Assembly: GCA_040376995.1 (NCBI GenBank) | Contig: JBEIPP010000001.1 | Location: 3,780-67,779 of the forward strand | Reading direction: 5' to 3' | Length of the DNA stretch: 64,000 bases | Source of the DNA: Flavobacteriales bacterium | Lineage (GTDB): Bacteria > Bacteroidota > Bacteroidia > B-17B0 > Aurantibacillaceae | Notes under the pieces: model-generated | Databases searched by the model: none | Told to the model about the DNA's origin: nothing | The model's input: only the letters and a program-made list of their open reading frames with translations | Part shown: positions 30,498-38,535 of the stretch, piece by piece | Layout: each line of letters opens with the position of its first letter | How positions within the stretch are numbered: position 1 is the stretch's first letter | Translations under genes and position numbers: made by a program

Positions 30498-30947
30498 TTA
30501 CTCTTCCTCATCATGATACAATTCTAATAACTCTTTAGGATAATCATCTTTTAAAATATAAACACCCGTCATAGGATTTACGACTTCACGAATACTTTTT
30601 AAGTGTACGTAAAATGTCATTCCTTTTTTAGTTTCTACTTTTTCGGTTTTGCTAATTGCTTTTTTAGAAAACGGCAACAATGTTACAGAACCATTATCTA
30701 GTGTGCATTCTAAAACAGTCATATCAGGAATCTCGAAGCTAAACTCATCATCATTTGGGTATAATCCATTTAATAAATAGGTAGTATTATTAATGACCTT
30801 GAAATTGGTAACATTACCTTGCACTTCAAATTCATCTTCCCAAAGGTATTTGATGTTATCTTCCGTTTCTTCACCTTCGTTATCTTTATCTGCATAAGCT
30901 TGATTAAATTGTGAATTAACTAGCTTTACGTTTATTGTTACTATCAT
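30498..30947 (-). CDS. acidic hypothetical protein
   Basis: 149-aa ORF starting 14 nt downstream of the MFS transporter stop on the same strand. D/E-rich ends and no recognisable motif. Confidence 0.4.
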   Translation of the reverse strand: MIVTINVKLVNSQFNQAYADKDNEGEETEDNIKYLWEDEFEVQGNVTNFKVINNTTYLLNGLYPNDDEFSFEIPDMTVLECTLDNGSVTLLPFSKKAISKTEKVETKKGMTFYVHLKSIREVVNPMTGVYILKDDYPKELLELYHDEEE

Positions 30948-30961
30948 AATATGTTTTTTAG

Positions 30962-32374
30962 TTAGTGAGCGGCACTTGATTTAGACTTATCTAATTGAAT
31001 ACCTTGTTTTTTGAAAATGGAAGTTACTTTAAATGCATACCATGCTAAGTATGCAAAACAAAATACTGTAACGATATACGATAGGTGTGGATTTAATATA
31101 TCTACTAAAAATCCTTGAAATGGCGGAATAATAGCGCCTCCTAAAATCATCATGATGAGTAATGATGAACCTTGATTTGTATATTTTCCTAAACCATTAA
31201 TAGCTAATGCAAAAATACATGGCCACATCACTGAGCAAAATAATCCACCACTTATAAATGAGTACAACGCTAAATTACCTGTGCTTACTAAACCAATAAT
31301 CATCATCGCACATGCTGTTAAACTCAATATCATTAATGTACGAGCTGGATTATCACCAGAAAAAATAAAGATTAATGTTGCTAATAAAATGTAAGGAATG
31401 TAAAATAAGTAATCTTCTACATGACTTCCTCTTAAATAATTTACACCGTAAATAACACCAAATGCAATAAAAGGCGTAATAAATTGCATGATAATTTTTA
31501 CTTTTTTACTAAAATTAAAAACCGCTAATGCACCTGTCCAACGCCCAATCATTAAACTGCCCCAGTACAGAGAAATAAAATGTGAAATTTTTGTATGATC
31601 AATTCCTTTAATTTCGGGCATTGCTAAAAGTGCTCCCATATTACTTTGTATAGTTACTTCTACACCAACATACACAAAGATGGCAATCATCCCTAAGGTT
31701 AATTGTGGATATTTTAAAGCTCCTAAATCTTTATCTAGTTTTTCGGAATTAGTTACTTCAGGTAATTTAGAAAACCATAAGATACTGGCGCATAATATAA
31801 ATAAAGCAAATAAAATTAAAGCTGGAACTTTTACAGCCTCTATGCTACTATCTGCTGCTGCAGGAGCACTAATGTTTCCAAATAAAGCGTAACTTAATAA
31901 AACAGGACCAATGGTTGTTCCGAAAGAATTGATTCCTCCTGCTAAGCTTAAACGTTGAGCACCTGTTTCTTTAGCCCCAAAATTTATGACAAATGGATTG
32001 GCTACAATTTGTTGTAAAGCAAAACCTAAACCAATGACGAATAATGCGCATAACAGTAAGGGATAAGAATTTAAACTTGCTGCTGGAATAAAAAATAAAG
32101 AACCAACTCCAGAAATTAATAAACCTAGTATCAATGCTTTTTTATAACCAATTTTATTAATTGGATCACCAATAGAACGTGAAGTAAAAAAATAAATAAT
32201 TGAACCAACAGCGTAGGCTGCGTAAAAAGCTAAATCAACTAATTGAGATTGAAATTGAGTTAAAGTAAATTTTTCTTTAAATAATGGAATTAAAATCCCA
32301 TTACTAGCTGCCACAAAACCCCAAAAGAAAAATACACTTATTAGCGCTACAAAAGATGATTGTAATTTTTGCAT
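30962..32374 (-). CDS. sugar MFS transporter (FucP / glucose-galactose GluP-like)
   Basis: 12 TM segments. The N-terminal FFWGFVAASNGILIPLFK motif and overall layout are typical of the FucP/GluP subfamily. Confidence 0.85.
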   Translation of the reverse strand: MQKLQSSFVALISVFFFWGFVAASNGILIPLFKEKFTLTQFQSQLVDLAFYAAYAVGSIIYFFTSRSIGDPINKIGYKKALILGLLISGVGSLFFIPAASLNSYPLLLCALFVIGLGFALQQIVANPFVINFGAKETGAQRLSLAGGINSFGTTIGPVLLSYALFGNISAPAAADSSIEAVKVPALILFALFILCASILWFSKLPEVTNSEKLDKDLGALKYPQLTLGMIAIFVYVGVEVTIQSNMGALLAMPEIKGIDHTKISHFISLYWGSLMIGRWTGALAVFNFSKKVKIIMQFITPFIAFGVIYGVNYLRGSHVEDYLFYIPYILLATLIFIFSGDNPARTLMILSLTACAMMIIGLVSTGNLALYSFISGGLFCSVMWPCIFALAINGLGKYTNQGSSLLIMMILGGAIIPPFQGFLVDILNPHLSYIVTVFCFAYLAWYAFKVTSIFKKQGIQLDKSKSSAAH

Positions 32375-32476
32375 AAAATAGTTTTAATAATTACCTAAGA
32401 TAGATGTTTTAGCTTGGGTTCATTTTCATTCCTAAACCCATTTATTAACAACCATCTTTTTACTACTTATTGGGTA

Positions 32477-32508
32477 AATTCGTAATTCGTAATTCGTAAT
32501 TCGTAATT
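32477..32508. repeat. tandem heptanucleotide repeat (AATTCGT)x4.6
   Basis: Read directly: AATTCGT AATTCGT AATTCGT AATTCGT AATT. It ends 7 nt before the ATG at 32516, in the divergent promoter region shared with the MFS transporter gene. Confidence 0.95.
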
Positions 32509-32515
32509 TCACAAC

Positions 32516-33388
32516 ATGCAATTACTTACTCCAACACATTGGCAAGACTACGAATTAATAGATTGTGGTGATTTTGAAAAATTAGAACGCTTTGGTAAAT
32601 ACATTACCATTCGTCCTGAACCACAAGCTGTTTGGAAGAAACGCTATTCTTATAGTGAATGGGAAAAACAAGCGCATGTAAAATTTGTGCCTAAAAGTAG
32701 CTCCAGCGGAGAATGGAAAGCCTTGAAAAAGATGCCAGATCAATGGACGATTAATTATCCATTAGGTAAAACAGAAATCACCTTGCGTTTAGGTTTAACA
32801 TCATTTAAGCATGTTGGTGTATTTCCAGAACAAGCTTGTAATTGGGATGTGATATATGATTATTTGGTAGATTTAGAAAAGCCAAAATTCTTAAATTTAT
32901 TTGCTTACACGGGTGGCGCTAGTATTGCTGCCAGGGCCGCGGGTGCTGATGTAACACATGTGGATAGTATTAAACAAGTGGTAAATTGGGCAAATGAAAA
33001 TATGCAAAAATCAAACCTAGATAATATTCGTTGGATGATTGATGATGCTCTGAAATTTGTAAAGAAGGAACAACGCCGAGGAAATTTATACCAAGGTATT
33101 ATTTTAGATCCTCCAGCATTTGGTCACGGACCAAATGGCGAGAAGTGGAAACTCGAAGATAATATTTTAGAAATGATTGATAGTGTATTAGAAATTGTTG
33201 ATCCTAAACAACACTTGTTAATTTTAAATGCCTATTCCTTAGGGTTTTCGGCATTAGTACCAGAAAATTTATTACAACCATTTGCAGCTAAACATAAATC
33301 TATTTTAAGTATTGGCGAATTATATTTAAACGCAAAGAGTGGCGTTAAATTACCATTGGGGGTTTGGGGAAGATTAGAGAAAAAATAA
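32516..33388 (+). CDS. class I SAM-dependent methyltransferase (RlmI/RlmK-type PF10672-like)
   Basis: VLNLFAYTGGASIAAA-type motif I (FLNLFAYTGGASIAARAAGA) and the DPPAFG catalytic motif. Confidence 0.75.
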   Translation: MQLLTPTHWQDYELIDCGDFEKLERFGKYITIRPEPQAVWKKRYSYSEWEKQAHVKFVPKSSSSGEWKALKKMPDQWTINYPLGKTEITLRLGLTSFKHVGVFPEQACNWDVIYDYLVDLEKPKFLNLFAYTGGASIAARAAGADVTHVDSIKQVVNWANENMQKSNLDNIRWMIDDALKFVKKEQRRGNLYQGIILDPPAFGHGPNGEKWKLEDNILEMIDSVLEIVDPKQHLLILNAYSLGFSALVPENLLQPFAAKHKSILSIGELYLNAKSGVKLPLGVWGRLEKK

Positions 33389-33391
33389 TAT

Positions 33392-34066
33392 ATGCATATT
33401 GATATTATTACGGTTCATCCGCCTTTATTAGAAAGTCCATTTAGTCATAGCATTTTAAAACGTGCTGCCCAAAAGGGTTTGGTAACTGTTAATGTGGTTG
33501 ACTTAAGAGAATATGGGATTGAACCTCACCGAAAAGTGGATGATTATGCATTTGGTGGTGGTGCAGGAATGGTGATGATGATTGAACCTATTGCGAATTG
33601 CATCAATGATTTAAAAAAACAACGTACTTACGACGAGATAATTTACATGACTCCTGACGGAGAAACTCTAAAACAAAATACTTGTAATCATCTCTCAACA
33701 CTTAATAACATTATGATATTATGTGGCCATTACAAAGGCATTGATGAACGCATTAGAGAGCATTTTATCACTAAGGAAATTTCTATTGGAGATTATGTAT
33801 TAAGTGGGGGAGAGTTGCCAGCAGCTGTTTTATGTGATGGCATTATTCGTTTAATTCCAGGCGTTTTAAATGATGAAACATCTGCTTTGTCAGATTCTTT
33901 TCAAGATAATTTATTGTCGCCACCAGTTTATACTCGTCCGGCTGATTATAATGGATGGAAGGTGCCTGATATTTTAACGAGTGGAAACACTAAAAAAGTG
34001 GAAGAGTGGAGGCACGAGCAATCTATAGAAAGAACACGCATTCGTCGCCCCGATTTATTGTTGTAA
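33392..34066 (+). CDS. trmD: tRNA (guanine37-N1)-methyltransferase
   Basis: [40 protein letters not shown] and EHFEWRH-type C-terminus. 224 aa. Confidence 0.95.
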   Translation: MHIDIITVHPPLLESPFSHSILKRAAQKGLVTVNVVDLREYGIEPHRKVDDYAFGGGAGMVMMIEPIANCINDLKKQRTYDEIIYMTPDGETLKQNTCNHLSTLNNIMILCGHYKGIDERIREHFITKEISIGDYVLSGGELPAAVLCDGIIRLIPGVLNDETSALSDSFQDNLLSPPVYTRPADYNGWKVPDILTSGNTKKVEEWRHEQSIERTRIRRPDLLL

Positions 34067-34166
34067 GGCTCCATCTAACAAACATTCATCTGTTAATTAT
34101 TCATTTTTATATTTCGATTGCGTTTTTATATCCTGCTTAATTTAGTAGATATTAAAATTAGTAAAC

Positions 34167-35036
34167 GTGTCGAATAGAACTGCTACTCAAAAATTAAAAA
34201 CATCTTCGGTTACTGTTGTCATTAGTTTGGCATTAGTTTTATTTATGCTAGGCTTATTAGGCTTAGTTGTAATCAATGCTAAAAAATTATCTAATCATAT
34301 TAAAGAAAATGTTGGTTTTCAAGTCGTATTAAAAGATACAACAACAACTGCCGAATTAGATATTTTAAAACAAGAAATTAGTTCGTCGGCATTTACTAAA
34401 CAGGTTGATTATATTAGTAAAGACGAAGCAGCTAAGAAATTACAAAAAGATTTAGGAGAAGATTTTATCACGTTTTTAGGATATAATCCTTTGTTATCAT
34501 CCTTAGATGTAAAGTTAAATTCGGATTATGCGAACATTGATAGTTTATCCAGTTTTGAAAAACAAATCATGCAAAAACATTTTGTGAAAGAAGTCATCTA
34601 TCATAAAGACATGATTAAGCAAGTAAATGATAATGCTAAAGTGATTAGTTTGTATATTTTAATCTTTAGCGGTTTGTTATTAGTTGTAGCTATTGCATTA
34701 ATTAATAATACCATTCGTTTGTCAATTTACGCGAAACGTTTTTTAATTAGAACTATGTATTTGGTAGGCGCTACTCAAGGCTTTATTCGTATGCCGTTTA
34801 TTTTAAAAGGTGTTCGTCAAGGAGTTATCGCAGGCTTATTAGCGGGGTTTTTATTAGCAGGTTTTTTAGTATTAAGTACAAATTATATTCCTGATTTGTT
34901 ACAGTTACAAGACCCTAATTTATTGGCAGCACTATTTGCTGGTATTGTAGCCTTGGGAGTTTTAATTTCTGGATTAAGTGCAGCACTTTCTGTTAGTAGA
35001 TATTTACGTTTAAAAACAGACGATTTATATTTTTAA
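34167..35036 (+). CDS. ftsX: cell-division permease FtsX-like
   Basis: GTG start. One N-terminal TM, a periplasmic domain, then three C-terminal TMs. IRLSIYAKRFLIRTMYLVGAT motif. Confidence 0.8.
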   Translation: MSNRTATQKLKTSSVTVVISLALVLFMLGLLGLVVINAKKLSNHIKENVGFQVVLKDTTTTAELDILKQEISSSAFTKQVDYISKDEAAKKLQKDLGEDFITFLGYNPLLSSLDVKLNSDYANIDSLSSFEKQIMQKHFVKEVIYHKDMIKQVNDNAKVISLYILIFSGLLLVVAIALINNTIRLSIYAKRFLIRTMYLVGATQGFIRMPFILKGVRQGVIAGLLAGFLLAGFLVLSTNYIPDLLQLQDPNLLAALFAGIVALGVLISGLSAALSVSRYLRLKTDDLYF

Positions 35037-35320
35037 GAATTATAAAGTTAAGTAAGACATATTTTAAGCTTGGTATATTAACCTGCGCGATATGTTTAGT
35101 TTGTTTATTTACTTTTAGTAAACAACAGCCTTCAACTTTAGTTATTCCTTCGGGAACAACGATTGCAGAGCGATTTTCTCCACCTACAAATTACACGAGA
35201 ATAAAATCAGATAAAAATTCATTTGCTGAATTTTTACAAAATACCTCATTAAAACCACATGGCACTTTAGTACATTATTATAATGGAGAAGAAAAATCAA
35301 ATAAAGTAGCAGCCGCTGTT

Positions 35321-35887
35321 TTGAGTTATGATGTGGGGAATAAAGATTTACAACAGTGTGCTGATGCTGTGATGCGTTTACGTGCCGAATATTTATATAA
35401 AACCAAACAGTTTGACGCTTTGCATTTTAACTTTACTTCTGGGTTTAAAGCGGATTATAGTAAGTGGAGAAATGGTTATCACATTGCTGTAAAAGGTAAT
35501 AATGTAAGTTGGATAAAAACCACTAAAGAATGCGAATCATACCAATCGTTTAGAGAGTATTTAAATGTTGTTTTTATGTATGCAGGCACTGCTTCTTTAA
35601 CAAAAGAATTAAAACAAATTACTTTGTCTCAAATGCAAATTGGAGATGTGTTTATAAAAGGAGGATCTCCTGGTCACGCTGTTATTGTGGTGGATATGGC
35701 TAAGAATCCTAAAACCAACAAAAAAGTATTTATGATTGCCCAAAGCTATATGCCTGCGCAAGACATTCATATATTAATTAATGTAAGCAAATCTTCTATT
35801 TCGCCTTGGTATGATTTAGTAGAAACCGCTTCTGAAGTTCAAACACCCGAATGGACTTTTGAAGGAAATCAGTTGAAACGGTTTTAA
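35321..35887 (+). CDS. DUF4846-like protein (coordinates run from the first canonical start; the true start is probably upstream)
   Basis: GDVFIKGGSPGHAVIVVDMA motif. The frame is open upstream to 35000 and encodes a signal peptide, but that stretch contains no ATG/GTG/TTG (see findings). Confidence 0.55.
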   Translation: MSYDVGNKDLQQCADAVMRLRAEYLYKTKQFDALHFNFTSGFKADYSKWRNGYHIAVKGNNVSWIKTTKECESYQSFREYLNVVFMYAGTASLTKELKQITLSQMQIGDVFIKGGSPGHAVIVVDMAKNPKTNKKVFMIAQSYMPAQDIHILINVSKSSISPWYDLVETASEVQTPEWTFEGNQLKRF

Positions 35888-35924
35888 ATAAAAAAGACCG
35901 CCTTTTCAGACAGTCTTTAAGAGG

Positions 35925-35999
35925 GGTAAATGAAGGGGCTCGAACCCTCGACCCTCGGTACCACAAACCGATGCTCTAACCAACTGAGCTACATCTACC
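35925..35999 (-). tRNA. tRNA-His (anticodon GTG)
   Basis: Manual cloverleaf. G-1 pairs with C73. Acceptor stem GTAGATG/CATTTAC, D arm GCTC-AGTTGGTTA-GAGC, anticodon stem TCGGT/ACCGA with loop TTGTGGT, T arm GAGGG-TTCGAGC-CCCTT. CCA is not encoded. Confidence 0.9.
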
Positions 36000-36010
36000 A
36001 TTTTGGGCTA

Positions 36011-36018
36011 CAAATGTA
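36011..36018 (-). promoter_or_regulatory. candidate Bacteroidota -7 promoter box (TACATTTG) for tRNA-His
   Basis: Matches the TAnnTTTG consensus and ends 11 nt upstream of the tRNA 5' end. No clear -33 TTTG partner was seen. Confidence 0.35.
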
Positions 36019-36181
36019 ATAAAATATTTTATTACACGAAAAAATTTGTCAGAAAAAATGGTTTTACAGTAAAAAGAGCTTTGTAATTATAACATGAAAG
36101 CCTAGTTGAAAAACTATGGAGTCAAACCTGAACATTTCTAATTTGTTTAAACAATGAGGTTTGGAGAAGCTTGATATACTT

Positions 36182-36332
36182 ACATTTCGCTCCTAAGGAG
36201 CTAGTATTATGGTATGCTTTTGTTATTATAAACATAATGCTCCTAATGGAGCAAATCTAACGCCTCAGAGAGGCTATATGTTTGTAATAATATCACATTA
36301 GCTAGTTTTAAAGCTCCGTAGGAGCGGAATGT
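36182..36332. repeat. cluster of four ACAT-hairpin (REP-like) units bounded by 12-nt inverted termini
   Basis: Four units:
- A, 36182-36201: ACATTTCGCTCCTAAGGAGC
- B, 36232-36252: ACATAATGCTCCTAATGGAGC
- C, 36262-36281, reverse: GCCTCAGAGAGGCTATATGT
- D, 36313-36332, reverse: GCTCCGTAGGAGCGGAATGT. Confidence 0.7.
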
Positions 36333-36369
36333 TTTCTTAACTAAACGACATTGTGTAATCGAACCGACA

Positions 36370-37929
36370 TTATTTTTTATAGTTTACCATATAGTGTAAG
36401 CCTACAGACTCTTTACGTTGTATGGCATGTTTAATAATAAGATACCCAATACAAATTAAGTTCCGCAATTCACATAACTTTTGGGTAACGGTTGTTTTTT
36501 CGTAAAGAGCTTCGTTTTCTTTATATAAAATCTCTAAACGGTCAAAGGCACGTTTTAAGCGTAATTCAGAACGAACGATACCCACGTAGTTGCTCATAAT
36601 TTGCTGTACTTCGCGTTGAGATTGGGTGATTAAAATCATTTCTTCGGCATGTTCAGTTCCCTCCGCATCCCAATTTGGAATTTCTTCAGTAAAAACAAGT
36701 TTTGGAAGATTTTCTAAGCCCTTTTTGGCAGCTCTGTGAGCAAAAACAACAGCTTCTAACAAAGAATTACTAGCTAAACGATTAGCACCATGTAAGCCTG
36801 TACAAGCGCACTCACCTACGGCAAATAAATTTTCGATAGTTGACTGACCTTCTTTATTTACTAAAATACCTCCACATAAATAATGCATGGCAGGAACTAC
36901 CGGAATCATTTTTACAAAAGGATCAATCCCCAATTTCATACATTTTTCGTAAATATTTGGAAAATGTTCAATAAAGGCTTTTCTATCAATGTGTCTGCAA
37001 TCTAAATAAACAAAATCTTCTCCTCTGGTCTTTAATTCATTGTCAATAGCTCTAGCAACAATATCTCGTGGCGCTAAGGATAAGCGTTCGTCATATTTTT
37101 GCATGAATTCTTTCCCATCAGTTGTTTTTAAAATCGCTCCAAATCCACGAATAGCTTCGGTAATTAAAAAGCTAGGGTGTTCTAAAGGATTATATAATGA
37201 GGTAGGGTGAAATTGAACAAATTCCATATCCTTCACTCGTCCTTTTGCCCTATAAACCATGGCAATTCCATCACCTGTTGCAATAGTTGGGTTGGTAGTA
37301 GTAGCATACACATGGCCTGCACCACCTGTTGCCATCATGGTAATTTTAGAAAGAACGGTGTCTATTTTTTGTGTTTTTGTATTTAAAATATAGGCCCCAA
37401 AACATTTTACATCTTTTGATTGAGAAGTTACTACTTCACCTAAATGATGTTGTGTAATAATATCAATAGCATAGTGATGATCAAGTACAGTAATGTTTTT
37501 ATGTTTTCGAATTTGCGCAATTAATGCGCGTTCAATTTCGTAGCCTGTAATATCTTTATAATGTAAAATTCGATGTTCAGAATGCCCACCTTCTTTGGCT
37601 AAATCATAGAAACCTTCCTTGTTTTTATCAAAATTGGCGCCTAATTCAATGAGTTCTCGCACTCTTTCGGTCCCTTCTGTAACAACTACTCTTACAGCTT
37701 CTTCGTCACATAATCCTGCTCCTGCAATTAATGTATCTTGTATATGCTTTTCAATAGAATCTTTATCGTGCCACACTGCCGCTATGCCACCTTGTGCATA
37801 TTTTGTATTGGATTCGTCTTCGTTACTTTTAGTAACAATATATACAGTGCCGTGCTCGGCTACTTTAAGCGCGTAACTTAAACCAGCAATGCCGCTACCT
37901 ATAATTAAAAAATCTACTTTTTGTTGCAT
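36370..37929 (-). CDS. nadB: L-aspartate oxidase
   Basis: FAD fold DFLIIGSGIAGLS, QGGIAA, HPTS.. and GLHGANRLASNSLLE motifs. 519 aa. Confidence 0.95.
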   Translation of the reverse strand: MQQKVDFLIIGSGIAGLSYALKVAEHGTVYIVTKSNEDESNTKYAQGGIAAVWHDKDSIEKHIQDTLIAGAGLCDEEAVRVVVTEGTERVRELIELGANFDKNKEGFYDLAKEGGHSEHRILHYKDITGYEIERALIAQIRKHKNITVLDHHYAIDIITQHHLGEVVTSQSKDVKCFGAYILNTKTQKIDTVLSKITMMATGGAGHVYATTTNPTIATGDGIAMVYRAKGRVKDMEFVQFHPTSLYNPLEHPSFLITEAIRGFGAILKTTDGKEFMQKYDERLSLAPRDIVARAIDNELKTRGEDFVYLDCRHIDRKAFIEHFPNIYEKCMKLGIDPFVKMIPVVPAMHYLCGGILVNKEGQSTIENLFAVGECACTGLHGANRLASNSLLEAVVFAHRAAKKGLENLPKLVFTEEIPNWDAEGTEHAEEMILITQSQREVQQIMSNYVGIVRSELRLKRAFDRLEILYKENEALYEKTTVTQKLCELRNLICIGYLIIKHAIQRKESVGLHYMVNYKK

Positions 37930-37932
37930 GGT

Positions 37933-38517
37933 TTATTTTTTAAGTAATCGAGCAACGTATTTACCTACAATGTCAAATTCTAAATTAACAACATCGTTTA
38001 CTTTTAAATGTTTAAATACAGTGTTTTCAAAAGTATAAGGAATAATGCAAACTGAAAACGAATCATCTTTTGAATCGACTACTGTTAAGCTTGTGCCGTT
38101 GATGGTAATACTTCCTTTTTCTACAGTAACGTTTCCTAATTGACTATTGTATTTTATGGTGTAAGTCCAACTCCCTTGATTATCAAAAATGGAAGAAACA
38201 ATACCTGTTTGGTCAACATGACCTTGAACAATATGCCCATCAAATCGTCCATTAGCAGGCATGCAACGTTCTAAGTTTACATAATCACCTACTTTTAAAG
38301 TGCCTAAATTGGTTTTTTGTAGCGTTTCGTCAATGGCTGTAACCGTGTATTGATTCCCGTTTATTTTAATAACCGTTAAGCATACGCCATTGTGCGCCAC
38401 ACTTTGGTCTATTTTCAATTCATGAGTAAAAGCACAACTAAATGTAAAATGCACATTGCTGTTTTCTTTTTCAATAACTTCTACTTTTGAGAGACCTTCT
38501 ATAATTCCTGTAAACAT
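37933..38517 (-). CDS. ribE: riboflavin synthase (alpha chain)
   Basis: MFTGIIE start, two lumazine-binding repeats (GVCLTV.., GTSLTV..), NLE..D motifs. 194 aa. Confidence 0.93.
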   Translation of the reverse strand: MFTGIIEGLSKVEVIEKENSNVHFTFSCAFTHELKIDQSVAHNGVCLTVIKINGNQYTVTAIDETLQKTNLGTLKVGDYVNLERCMPANGRFDGHIVQGHVDQTGIVSSIFDNQGSWTYTIKYNSQLGNVTVEKGSITINGTSLTVVDSKDDSFSVCIIPYTFENTVFKHLKVNDVVNLEFDIVGKYVARLLKK

Positions 38518-38535
38518 ATTGCAAATATACTAAAC

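Noticed and set aside
32477-32508. Tandem repeat considered as a mini-CRISPR or a transcription-factor array.
   Set aside because: The units are contiguous 7-mers without spacers. This is a microsatellite, not a CRISPR.
38518-38535. Possible FMN riboswitch upstream of ribE.
   Set aside because: Only 18 nt separate ribE from the preceding gene, which is far too short for an FMN element. None of the conserved FMN-riboswitch sequence was seen nearby.
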